Notes under the pieces: generated by a model | The model's database searches: none | The model's input: the letters and a program-made list of their open reading frames with translations, nothing else | Told to the model about the DNA's origin: nothing | Shown here: in pieces, positions 1-11,870 of the stretch | How the letters are laid out: every line of letters starts with the position of its first letter | Numbering within the stretch: the stretch's first letter is position 1 | Assembly (NCBI GenBank): GCA_013239625.1 | Contig: MU054391.1 | Span: 7,659,095-7,723,094 of the forward strand | From: Lama guanicoe | Taxonomy: Eukaryota | Reading direction: 5' to 3' | Length of the DNA: 64,000 nt | Program-made: the position numbers and the translations under genes

Positions 1-584
1 CTGGGGGGAGCCAGAGCACTTCCCTCACTTTCCTTGGGGTTAATCTCAGCCAGGCCGACTGATTGCAACACCCCAAAGTCTCTTGCTTTTCTGAGCCTTT
101 GAGGATCTGGCTGAACTGCTGTCCAAGGGCAAATTTTTTTTTTCTGTCAAACAGACCTGCAAGGTTGCTAGGCACATACAAGGATAAAGAGAGACTCGAG
201 TTACTCAATACTTGTTTTGCAAAGTCTGTTTAAAAAATTGCATCATACCCCACTTGATGGTTGTGCAATGCAGGGTGGTTACCTAAACTGAAAGTTAAGT
301 AACTCTGAGCTCTGGGCACCTTTGCAATTCAGACATCCATTTATACTCAAGTGGAAAACAGCCAGCTGTTCTCAGTTTGAGAAAAAAAAAAAGTGGAGAC
401 AAGAATGAAATTAGACCCCAAGCTTTCTTGAAAGTATAAAATACATGTAGACAATTTCCCATCCTATTTCTCTCTCGGGTACTTGCTCTATGATGTTCAT
501 GTGATGGATATAAATGGGATTAATCCTTGATGCTTGAGAAATCAAAATCCTCATAACACTGCCGATTTGCACAGGGTCATCTTT

Positions 585-805
585 TAGTACAAAGAGTACC
601 GATTACGGGATTGTCTGGTCCAGGTTCAGATCCTGGGGCTGACACTTACTAGCTAGATGACCTTGGACAAATAACCTAACTCTCTGAGTGTGACTTGCTC
701 CATCTTGAAGATGGGGGTGATAATATTTAAGTCACAAATTAATGGAGAATAGGTGTAAGGTTCTGAGGCCACAGTCTGGCAAGCAATGGGGATCCACACA
801 TACTA
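585..805 (+). mobile_element. MIR SINE, degraded
   Basis: MIR core-like 'ggttcagatcctggggctgacacttactagctagatgaccttggacaaataacctaactctctgag...catcttgaagatggggg'; boundaries approximate. Confidence 0.75.
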
Positions 806-1264
806 GTTTCCCTCCAAGTCTTGACCTTCTCCATCCTTCAATTTCTCACCATAATCAATCAGTGCTATTCCACACCCACTATTGGCCATCACTCCATCCC
901 AGGATAGAGACCAATGCTGGCATGTGGGCTACGGATATGGAGAAGAGTCAGGCTGGGGCACTGCCTTTCATGGTACTCAAGTTTACAACAGAAACAGGTG
1001 TATCCTCAAAGTGATTCCTATCAAGACAGATTGCGATACACACCATGGCAGAAGATCATGGAGCCAGGTCTCCGTGAGAGTGGGAAGTATCGCGGGGAAG
1101 GAAAAGGGAGTGATTCCTCTAAACTGAGAGAGCCCAGAAATCCCTGTGCAAGAATCAGGCTTGTATCTGATAATGTACTAGGAGCAAGGCATGGTCCTGG
1201 GGAATCTGAGCTGTGTTTCTAAAAACAAAACACTCAGCCCACAATCTGTTTGCACAGGTGTTCC

Positions 1265-1500
1265 TCTACTGGGTATTTCTCTAACCTTGGGCTGTCATTT
1301 ACCCTCTGTAAGCTTCCATTTCCTCAATCCATAAAATACGGCAAACACTCCATGCTTCTTGATTGCGAGTTTTCGGGGTGGGGGGAGAGTGGGTGGTGGA
1401 AGGGAATGTACACAGAGGAGGAGGTTAAGGCTTAATGATGTAACTGGCACGTGGGTTTGTCAAATGTCAAATATTACGTGAATGTGAGAGGTTGTTATAG
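1265..1500 (+). mobile_element. MIR SINE, degraded
   Basis: 'accttgggctgtcatttaccctctgtaagcttccatttcctcaatccataaaat' resembles the MIR core. Confidence 0.6.
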
Positions 1501-2299
1501 TGTGTAATTATACACGTGCTGCAAAAGACGTAGGTTTTCAACTAGACAAAAGGACCCAATGTTTGGTTTGGATTCAACATTAGAACTTTGGATAAAATGG
1601 ATGCTTTTTTTCTGAGATCAAGGGGAGAAACTGAGGCCAGGCCCTGCCTGGGAGTTCCCACCAGCAAGTGAAGTACATCACTCAGCCACACGCTCGTTCC
1701 CTCACTCAGCACACCCTCTATTACACTCTCAAATGTCTTTGGCACAAGAAACACATACACATATTCTCAAAGGGCAAATGCCATGCAAATGACACATTTT
1801 CCCACAAGATGTGCGATTTATTGTGGCTGGGATAGGCCTGAAGGCTCAGGGTATAACCAAACTGGAACATTTCAGCAGAGTGGAGTCTTCCATTCCTGAA
1901 GTGAGTTCAGAGATAGGTACACATTTAAAAAAAAATGTTATATAGGACAAATAAACCTGAGATGAAGCCTCCATTAAAATAAACCTGACACCACCTAGAA
2001 ACTGAGAATCTTTGGTGCCATTCCAACAATGGCAGTAATCTGAGGACTGGATGGAACTTTACACTCAAAGTTAGTTTAGTAATTGTGTTTCCAGAAACAG
2101 TAGAAGAGATTTGCTATTGGACTTTGAAAACTGAACCTGAGAATTTCAGGTGCAGTCGTTCTTAGAAAGGAAAATTCTGATAAAAGTACGATAATTATTT
2201 AGGGAGTATTTATTCATTTATTCATTTAAAACTATTGGATGACATTAGTCCCTGATAATATAAGTGAATCATTCAAAAACAGTAGATAGGAATGTGTCC

Positions 2300-3540
2300 A
2301 TTCCCCCCATTATTAATTTACTTACTCAATTATTTTTTCTTAATGTGGATTCCTTGATATTTATTTTATACTTTGGTTGTAATTCCAAACTCTCTGTTCA
2401 TTTTGTTGTCAAAATTGTTCCAGTTTTGGCCTTTGGGAGCTCTCTCAGAGGTTCCTGTATCCTTTTGACATTCCCATCACTGTGTGAGTGTGTGCATGCA
2501 TGTGTGCATGTGTGTGTGTGTGCATGCATGTGTGCATGTGTGTGTGCATGCATGTGTGTGCATGTGCATGTGTTTTGAGTGCTTCTTTACTTTCTGACAT
2601 TACAAAATGCTCCAGGCTCACTTTGCATCATCCCTGCTTCAACCCAAGAACTGGCCATGCCTCCAAGAAGCCCTAGATATTTTTAATTGAAGGATGGTAT
2701 TAGAAACCAAAATCCGGACCTTAGGTGTGCTCGTTCAGTTGGAGTGTTACTGCTTCTGGCCCTTTCAGCTGACTAAGGAAATATGTGTATGTGTATTAAC
2801 CCACTTACATTAACATTTCTATAAGCATTTCTTTAACTACCTGTAACTATATTAAGCTAAAGATGAGTTCACGCTGACGTCTCTAGCTCTAATCCAGTGC
2901 CACGTAGATTATCTTATGCCTTTCTTACCTGCAACCTCCCACCCCAACAGTGAGAAACGTGGTTTGACCATCTGCCATTCATTTACTTAGCTGTTCAGCT
3001 CCAATATACATGGTTAGCTGTATCAGAAATATTCATCTTGCCCTCATGGGAAACAACTTTATCAGCTGCAGCATAAATCTTATATGTAATTTATTTTGTC
3101 TTTATTCTTAGTCTTTGCTCATTTCCTAAGTTAATTAGGGTAGCATCTTTTTCCTCACACCCTTCAGTGAGGTTATTTCATACATTTGAAATACAATTAG
3201 GTTATGTTGCAACAGTCTGTATTTTGTGCTGTACCTAAGGTTCTGAACCAAACTTCTACAATATCTTTTAAATAGGCATAAATTAAGATTTATTCTTTGT
3301 GCTGTAAATTTCTGTGAATTTTAACAATACATAGTGTCATATATTTACTTTTTAAGTATCATAGAGAATAGTTTCACTGACCTATACTATCTCTTTTGCT
3401 TCATTCAACCCTCCTCTCTACTCAAAGCCCTGAAACCACCAACCTTCTCACTGCAATCTCAGTAATTTTGCTTTTTCCAGAGGTCGTATAAACTTAATTA
3501 TACAGTATGTAGCCTTTTTAAATGAGCTTCTTTACATAAT
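2300..3540 (-). mobile_element. Ancient L1 3' region (L1MC/L1MD-like)
   Basis: 'aaattgttccagttttggcctttgggagctct', 'aaaatgctccaggctcact' and 'ggtattagaaaccaaaatc' match recalled L1MC/MD 3'UTR in antisense. Confidence 0.7.
2481..2572. repeat. Compound (TG)n/TGCA microsatellite
   Basis: Directly visible; alternating purine-pyrimidine from about 2489 to 2572. Confidence 0.95.
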
Positions 3541-3979
3541 AAGGGGAATAAACTGTTAAGAATTTTAGTAATTACTAAGTCCTATTAATAAGATCTTAGT
3601 ACTAATATTAACTAAGAAATATTTGAAGCTTGTTTTTATTAAGTCATGTTCTTTGATGTAATTAGGATATGTTTCTTAAACATTTCCAAGCCAACCAAAA
3701 TCTGTAACATATGGTAGGTAAAGAATTGTCACATTTTACATATAGATACCTTATTCAGAATCAATAAGAGAACCCCTGAATTTCAAGGAGTAACTGGCAC
3801 AAACTTGAATTTTTGTATAAAGAGATGCCGTCTAAAAATGTCTCAACCATTTTCACCTATCAGATTAGTAAAAATTATTTTTTCATCACAAAAGGTGCAC
3901 TCTGTGAGTGATGGTCAGAAGGTTAATTGGCAAAACATTTTTAAAAAGACTTGATAATTTGCATCGAAATGGTTAAGTA

Positions 3980-4107
3980 GCTCACAGCGGGAAAAAAATG
4001 TGACAATGAATTTATGTATGTTCATGTATAACTGAAAAATTGTGCCCTATACTGGAAATTGACACAACATTTGTAAAATGACTATAACTTAATAAAAAAT
4101 TGTTAAA
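3980..4107 (+). mobile_element. Very short 5'-truncated young L1 3' end with 13-bp TSD
   Basis: Cetartiodactyl/camelid-type L1 terminus 'tatgtatgttcatgtataactgaaaaattgtg...gacacaacatttgtaaaatgactataacttaataaaaaa'; perfect TSD AAATGGTTAAGTA at 3967-3979 and 4108-4120. Confidence 0.85.
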
Positions 4108-4319
4108 AAATGGTTAAGTATATTGAAACCCTGTGACCTAGTAATTACAATCTGGGGCTTTATTTTGAGAAATTTCTCAAAATTGTGAAAGAGTTATCTT
4201 ATATGCTACTCATAACAGAATGGTATACATCACAGCAATGGTGCAGCACATTTTCACAGAGCACTTTAAAAATAGGTACAAACTAGATCTGTGATAAATA
4301 TGTTGTTATATAATGAGAA

Positions 4320-4560
4320 AAATTTTTACTTTCTATCTTGAACTAACCTTAGTCTTACAGAGAAGTTTCAAAGAGAGTACAGACTTTCCACATACCTGTC
4401 AGCTAGTGTCCCCTAATGTTAGCATCTTATGTAATGATAGTACAATTAACAATGATCAGATCCGGGAAGTTAGTGTTTCTGGAGTTTAATTGAATTCCAC
4501 TTGTTTTTCCATGAATGAACCTATTCTGTTCCAGGATGCTATCCAGAATGCCTTTTTTTT
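4320..4560 (-). mobile_element. L1MC-like 3' end fragment
   Basis: 'cttacagagaagtttcaaag...gtcccctaatgttagcatcttatgtaatgatagtacaatt' matches recalled L1MC terminus in antisense. Confidence 0.6.
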
Positions 4561-4682
4561 TTTTTCGCATAAATCTGTTATTTTTCCTTAATCTTTTCCA
4601 AATAGAAGTTTCTCTTGTCTTTTATGATAAGGGAAAATATTAGTGGTTTATGCTGGCTGAGGACAGCAGGACACTGAAGGGT

Positions 4683-4728
4683 ACACACACACGTACACAC
4701 ACACATACACACACATGGACACACACAC
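4683..4728. repeat. Imperfect (CA)n
   Basis: Directly visible. Confidence 0.85.
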
Positions 4729-5084
4729 TATGATCTCACCTACACAAAAAGAGAGATGACTAAAAGTATCAGGAAGAAACCCACACAATATTAACAGTCC
4801 TGAGTTTACCTCCAAATGAGGGCTTTAGGTAATTATTTCCCTGTTACTTTTGCTTCCTCTATGTTTTCAAATATTTTTCAAAAACAATAATCTAATATTT
4901 AAAACCAGAAGGGAAAAGACTCACAGAGCATAAAACAAAAACTTCTCTGAGGTGAAGAATTTTATTATGTTAAACGTTTGCTGTCTCATATAATCTGATT
5001 GAATGATATTTCATCGTGTTTGTAGTTTGGATAAAGTACCCGAATATGAGTGGTTCAGAGGTGTAAGGCAGTGAGTCTCCTCAC

Positions 5085-5141
5085 CAAGACTATTAGAAAT
5101 ACAAATGCTCCCCAGAGAAGACGAACACGGAGAGAATCCAT
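5085..5141 (-). CDS. Speculative first coding exon encoding a signal-peptide-like segment (MDSLRVRLLWGAFVFLIVL)
   Basis: ATG, then basic residues and a hydrophobic run, ending at a TTG|GTGAGG donor; not recognised as any known gene. Confidence 0.2.
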
Positions 5142-5699
5142 CCAAACTGGATCCTCCTGCTGGAAGGAGGAGCCATTGTGGAGGAATGAACTTCCCTGTC
5201 CTTGTCTCAAGACCCCCTGGGAAATTCTGGTGGGGACTCCGCATAGATGTTGCAGAATAAATACTGAACAAACATATTTACTACTGTCACCTTCTATTAA
5301 GAAGGTTCTAGGAACAGAAGACGGATGTTCCTGATCACAGCTCACAAGGGTTTTATAGGACACTGCACCCTTAGCTGACTCTACATATTGGCTATTTTTG
5401 TCATCACTAGCTTGTCATCAGAGTGGATGACAGCAAAGTCCTGAAAAAGAAGGGTCCCTTGTCTTTGCAGGCAGAAAGGAAGAGGAGCTCCAGTGAGAGG
5501 GGTCCACTTAATTCACAGCTTGGAACAGGGGCCTTAGGTCAAAAAGCCAGGAAAGCAGCCTCTGGTGCCTGTGACCATAAAACAAAGGACAGCAGAGGCT
5601 GGACCCCAGGGGAGCCTGCGTGGGGAATAGAAAGCAGCTGCTCTTTTGAATCTATAGAACTTGGATCTGGATCTTCTTTTACACACATGGGATGACACC

Positions 5700-5910
5700 A
5701 GCCATTTATTGAGCACCTACTATGTTCTTCAATGTTAATTCTGTGACAACATTGCAAAACAGATAACACAAATCCATTTTACCCAAAAGGAATATGAGAC
5801 TCTTACAGGGCACGTAACTTTGAATTACATAATCTGAGATTCCATTTCCACCTCTGTGAGATGAGAGTGGTAATTTCTGTCCCCCAAAGCTGTTGGAGTT
5901 AAATGAACCA
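5700..5910. mobile_element. Two adjacent MIR fragments in opposite orientation
   Basis: 'catttattgagcacctactatg...ccattttac...' (minus) followed by 'tctgagattccatttccacctctgtgagatg...gagttaaatga' (plus). Confidence 0.55.
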
Positions 5911-6624
5911 CATAGAAAAAATACTGAAAATATTTCCTAAAACCCAGTGGGTCCTTTGATGCCTAGATCCCTCAGGGATGCTGCTTCTGGGGCGTTTTGC
6001 CTGACGTGTGATGTGATTTAGATTTTTTAAATTTAAGCCCAGAAACCCAAGAACCTGCCAGGGACAGAAACTCTTCTTGGAATCTTCTTGAAATGCAAAC
6101 AGTTTAAAAGTCGCTGAAAACTTCATCTAGTATATATTTGTATTTGTCTCGTAAACTCTTGAGGAGAATTTTCCAGCAGACGGTGGTGTCTCAGGAGACT
6201 TCTTGCTCAGGCTCCCGTAACTCCTTTTTTTGTTTTTTTTGGCTTCTGCTTCTTGAAAGGGAACTCAGTGAAAAATGTTAAACAAGGCCAAAGATATAAA
6301 TACATTTGAAAAATCACTAACTCGAATGTTTGAAACCATTGCTGGAGGGGGATTTCCTCAGTCATCGGTGCCAAGCAGAATATTCCTGAATTTTCTCCCT
6401 CCAGGCTGCCGAGAGCTCCACGCATCTAAAAGGTTTCCTTGCTGACATGTGGTTGAGGGTGTAAGAGGTGTGTAAATCATGTGACCTCTCTTCTAAATGC
6501 TTTTGCAGGTATCTGGTCTGCAGATTTCTGTATTGCTTGATCCTCCTGTAGAGGTACATGAAAAATGCACAGGTTGAAACTCAGAGAGTGATGGAGATTC
6601 ATCTCTTACCAGCTATCTGCTTCA

Positions 6625-6975
6625 TTATTTTTTACTTAGAGTAAAATTAGTTTAAAAAAGTTTGGCGTAGTATTCCATGAGATTTAACACAGATATTGCT
6701 TCATGTAACCATCACCACAATCAGAATATAGAACATCCCTGTCATCTCAACCAACTCCTTCATGCTATTCTTTTGCAGACACAACTTTCCCTATTCTTAA
6801 ACCCTGGCAACCACTGATCTGCTCTCCATTCAGATTTGTCTTTTTGAGAAAGTTTCATATAAATGGAATCATATAATATATGACCTTTGGAGACTGGCTT
6901 CTTTCATGCAGCATAATGCCTTCAAGATTCATCCAGGTTGTCCCTATCAACCTGTGTTCCTTCTTAATTCCTATA
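6625..6975 (-). mobile_element. L1MB/L1ME-like 3' end
   Basis: 'aaccatcaccacaatcagaatatagaacat...ccctggcaaccactgatctg...catataaatggaatcatataatat...agcataatgccttcaagattcatcca'. Confidence 0.8.
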
Positions 6976-6981
6976 ATCCCC

Positions 6982-7395
6982 TGTTATGGATTAAATAATT
7001 GTGTCCCCCTGCAAAAATCATGTGTAGAAGCCCCAGCCCTCAATATGAATCTACTTGGAGACAGAGCCAGTAAGGAGATGATAAAATTTAAATGAGCTTA
7101 TAAAGATGGGATCTTTAAGCGATAAAAGTCAAATAAGCTTGTAAGAGTGAGGTTTTTAGGACCTATGACTTTATAAGAAGAGGAAGAGACACATGGAGCA
7201 CCCATACATCAAGGAAAAGCCACATGAGGATATATCCAGAAGGCAATTGTCTGCAAACCAGGAAGAGAGCTCTCACCCAGAACTGCATTGATCAGCATCT
7301 TGATCTTGGACTTTCCAGCCTTCAGAACTGTGAGAAATACATTTTTCTTCTGTCAACCAGCTATTTTATTATGGTAGCTAGAATAAACTAATGCA
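6982..7395 (+). mobile_element. MaLR solo LTR (MLT1A-like)
   Basis: Starts 'tgttatgga', contains 'cttgatcttggactttccagccttcagaactgtgagaaatacattt', ends 'aaactaatgca'. Confidence 0.85.
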
Positions 7396-9420
7396 AACTT
7401 CAACTTCATTCTTTTTCAAAATTGTTTTGATTAGTTTCTTTGCATTTCCACATTAATTTAGAATTTTGTTGGGATTTTGATTCTGATTGGTATTGCATTC
7501 AATCTGGATATCAGTTTGAGAAAAATTGACATTTTTACTATGTTGAGAATTGCTATCCATGAACATTGTATATCTCTCTGGTTGTTTAGATTTTCTTTGA
7601 TTTTTTTAATCATCATTTTGTGATATGTAGAAAAGTACAGACTATTTTGGATGCCTTTTATCAGATTCAGAAAGTTTCCTTCTAGATTGCTAAGAGTTTT
7701 TACATGAATGTGTGTTAAATTTTCTCCAATTATTTTTCTGCATCAAATAATACAATCATGTACTTTTCTTTTTTATATTATTAATATGGTGGCTTACTTT
7801 GTTTGATTTTGAAATAGTAATCCAGCCTTAAATTCCAAGGATGAATCTTAATCAGTTGTGGTATATCACACACACACATACACACACACACATATAGTTA
7901 AATTTGTTTTACTGAGTTTTAAAATGATTTTTATGCATTCATAATCTTGAAGAACATTGGTTTGTAGTCCTCTTCTCTAGTATTGCATTTATATTTCTGA
8001 TAGCAAGGCAATGTTGGTCTTATTAATTGAGAAGTGTTCCTTCTTTTTCTATTTGCTGAAAGAGGTTATGTAGAGTTGTTACTTTTTCTTTATTTTATTA
8101 TTATTAGTTTTTACATCTCATGCTATTTATTTACTGTTCTATTTACTTATTTCTTTTTTGGCTTTATTGAGGTATGATTAACAGATAAAATTTTATATAT
8201 TTAGATTGTACATTGTGATTTTTAAGTATGCAATGTGTATAATTTAATATATATATTAGAGATGATTACCAATAACATTTATTTATTTTAATAAAAAATG
8301 CTTATGTTCAAGGAGTGCTACATAATGTTTTGATATACATACACTAGTAAAATGACACTGCAGTTAAGCTAATTACCATATCCATCTCCTCACAAAGTTA
8401 CCATTTTGTGTTTGTGTGTCTGGTGAGAGCACCTGAAATCTGTTCTCTTAGCAAATTTTCGGTATATAATACAGTATTACTAACTATAGTCAATATGCTG
8501 AATTTTGTATTTAAATATTTGGTAGAATTCAGCTGTTAGGGATTAAGAAATTAATAACTGTTAATTGCATTATATAGTTAATATTATCTCTCACAGGACA
8601 GCAAAGGGCACTTCACATACCAAGACTCATTATGTCAATTGAATAAATGAATGAATAAATACATCAATAAGTTCAAATCTGCTCCCAGCAATTGCTAGAT
8701 GACATTTCCTTCTGATCTCTTGAGAGTCTGTCAGATTTGCTTATAATAAGACAGTACCCACATTAGGTCTGAATCCCCACAATATGCCTCATGGTTTATG
8801 AACCACTTACATGTAATGTAACCATTATTATTGGGTTGTAGTCTACCATCTTGTCATTTTCTTTCTATTTGCTCCTTCTACTTGTTTCCTTCCTGCCTTC
8901 TTTCAGCTTAGTCAAATATTCCTTAGTACTATATTTTGTTTTCTATGTAGACTTTAAGGTATGTATTTTTAATTATTTAGCTATTTGTTTTACAATAATT
9001 ATTCTGAGTCCAGCAATATATATCCTTAAATTTACTTTAGTTACAGTCAATACTGTTATTTCTCTGTACTCTGCACTTCATACCTGACACTTCCAACTTC
9101 CAACTTTTTAATGCACACATTTCCCAAATGTATAATGTTAAAACAGTATGGTACCATTAACACCCTCCTTTGATTGCTGTCATATGGTTGGTTTTCAGAG
9201 GTTGACTAAAACATGTGTAAGTTTCATTCTTTTTTTTTTTTTTTTACTTTTGTTGTGCTAGAGGTTTATTGAAATTATGGAATCTCTGCAGCAGAGTTGT
9301 TTTTTTATTTTGTTTTGTTTTATTTCTTTCAAACTTAGAAAGTTTTCAGTCATTATTTCTTTAAATGTGTTCTTCTCAGTCTCCCACTTTGTCCTTTGGA
9401 GACTCCGGTTGTATACATGT
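7396..9420 (-). mobile_element. Nested ancient L1 fragments, including an L1MA-like 3' end at about 8280-8500
   Basis: T-rich antisense L1 motifs 'ttgattctgattggtattgcattcaatctg', 'gacatttttactatgttgag' and 'gtgagagcacctgaaatctgttctcttagcaaattt'. Confidence 0.65.
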
Positions 9421-9424
9421 TAGG

Positions 9425-9990
9425 TGTTTCGTGTCCCTAGAATACCATTCCCTAATCCTGGAACCTGTATGAGATATCACTTCTATGATTATTCCATGGG
9501 TTTTTGTCATGGCTAATTTTAAAATAAGGTTATCCAAGTGGTTCTAATCTAATTGCATGAGCCCCTTTAAAAGCAGAGAGTTTTCTATAGCTGAATGTAG
9601 AAGAAAAAGTCAGAGACATTGGAAGCACAAGGGGCATTTTGCTCATCATTGCATGCTTGAAGACTTGTGAAAAGAATGCAGGTGGCCTTGAGGACCTGAC
9701 AGAAAGAGACTCTCAGACAACAACCAGCAAGGAAATTGGGACCTCATTCTACAACCTATGGAAATTGAAATCTACCAACAACCTGAATGATCTTAAAGGT
9801 GGATTTTTCTTAGAGCCTCCAGATGAGGACTCGGACCAGCCTGCATCTTGATTTCAGCATTGTGATACCCTGAACATAAAACACAGCAGAGCCTGCACTG
9901 ACTGATTTACAGACTTGTGAGCTAATAAATTGATTTTTAAAGCAGTTAAGTTTGTGATAATTTGTCATACAGCAATAGAAAACAAATGCA
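9425..9990 (+). mobile_element. MaLR solo LTR (MLT1E-like)
   Basis: 'ccagcaaggaaattgggacctca...accaacaacctgaatga...agagcctccagatgag...taagtttgtgataatttgtcatacagcaatagaaaac'. Confidence 0.85.
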
Positions 9991-11308
9991 AGTGTCAAGG
10001 ATACAATAGTCTTATTGAACGAGTTGGTGAGTTCTTTAATTTTCAATTCTCCAGAAGAATTTGGAATTTGCTCTTCTTCAGTGTTTGCTAAAATTTACCA
10101 GAATTTGTGCCTTTAAACTAGAGAGTATAGCCTATTTATATTTATCAAATTAATTATATGTTTGATTTTTTTTCTACTATCTTGTATTGTGACTTTCGTC
10201 TCCCTTTAACTCAGTATCTTTTTTCTCTCTTTTCTTAACTTCTTTTGAATTGACTGAGGTTTTAAAATGTTCTCTTCATTCTATTTCTTTCCTTTGACTA
10301 ACTGAAATTATACACATATCCCTTCTTTTTGTGGTTAGCCTAGAAATCTGACCTTTCATATTGAATTTTTAAATGTCCAAATTTAATTCACTATTTCTAA
10401 AATACAAGGATTTTAGATCATGTGGCAAAAATGGTATTCACCAAACATTCTAATTCTCATCCTATATTCCTAAGCTTCTTTTGCAGGTATTATGGGGCCA
10501 AGTGATTACTTTAGGCCAATAGAAAATGGCAGAAGAGATATATATCACCTTCCAGATAAGACAGTTAAGGGCCTCTTCTTCTGACCCAGGACCTTGGCGT
10601 GGAAGCTACTTGAAGGCTTTCCAGGGCCTTGAGAACCACACAGCTGGTGTGACTTTTGTGTAGACTGACTGATCCCAAGCCCTTGTGAGTCTTAGCGTGT
10701 AGTTCAGGGAATACATGAGGATTTTTTTTTTCCCCTCATCCAGGACTCAAGAGGGACCTGCTGATTATTTCTAAGCTTCTCTTTATTGGTTGGCTGTGGG
10801 GGATTTGCTTACAGCTTCATCTCTTAAGAGTATTAGCTTTGGGGGGTTCTGTTTGTGCTCAGGCTCAAGCTTTGTTCTCCTGTCTTTATGCACGTTTGTG
10901 GCCACTGAAACCCAAGCATTAGCTCACCAGTGGTTGGGAAACACTGCCAGGGTAAATATCAGCTCTAAAGATTTCTAACCTTTCTGATTTTGAGCTTCTC
11001 CTAATGTCTGCACTTTTTCTTTGTTTTGCTGGCCCAGCCATCTATCCAAGAATTATTTTTCACTCTGTTTTTCTCCTGAGTTTGGTTTATTTTATACAAA
11101 AAGGAGTCTTCTAGAGAGATAGACTACCCTATTGCCCAATATGAAGCAGATATCAAGAATCTCTATTCTTTTTTGTTTAATTATAAACAACAGGTGATTA
11201 ATGTCTTCTAAAACATATTTTAAAAGCAAAAGAGGAAGTGTGAATGGCCATTGATTGGAGCAGAAGTGGCAAAGTTTATGGTATTGGGTATGTAAACACC
11301 TATGTTTG

Positions 11309-11310
<2 letters not shown>

Positions 11311-11347
<37 letters not shown>
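11311..11347. repeat. (AT)18 microsatellite
   Basis: Directly visible perfect repeat. Confidence 0.95.
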
Positions 11348-11351
<4 letters not shown>

Positions 11352-11619
11352 GATAATTTTATTAAAAATTTAACTTAATGCAAAAACCATTAAAGGCCAT
11401 TACTATGTTCATGACAGAGGGTTGAAAGATAACAAATTACTTGCAATTCTCCACTGCTTTTTAGCCTCATGTCCTGGCACGTCTATTCCTTCTACTTATA
11501 AACTCTTCCTTTGCTATAATGTATTTAATTATGCAATGAATAGCTAGTGTGTACCACTCAGTGGCTGACAGCTTGCACCATCAGGGATAACTGCTGAATA
11601 AGCAGGAGGTCACTGGGGC

Positions 11620-11870
11620 TGTCACAATTAACATAACAGTATGTTGCATATTCCAGGCACGGTAATAGTGATTTTCCAGTTATTGTTCCTTAATTCTTCT
11701 CAAATCACAATCCATTAGGTAGACATAGGCACTATTGTTTCAACTCTGAGGAAACTAAATCTTCAGGAGGTCAAACAACTTGCCCAGTGCCACAAAGTAA
11801 GTCTCACTGATGCGAGTTGAGGTTACATATCTTGAAACCAATGCCTGTAACTCTTAAATATGGTGCTGCC
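11620..11870 (-). mobile_element. MIR SINE
   Basis: 'tgaggaaactaaatcttcaggaggtcaaacaacttgcccagtgccaca'. Confidence 0.7.
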
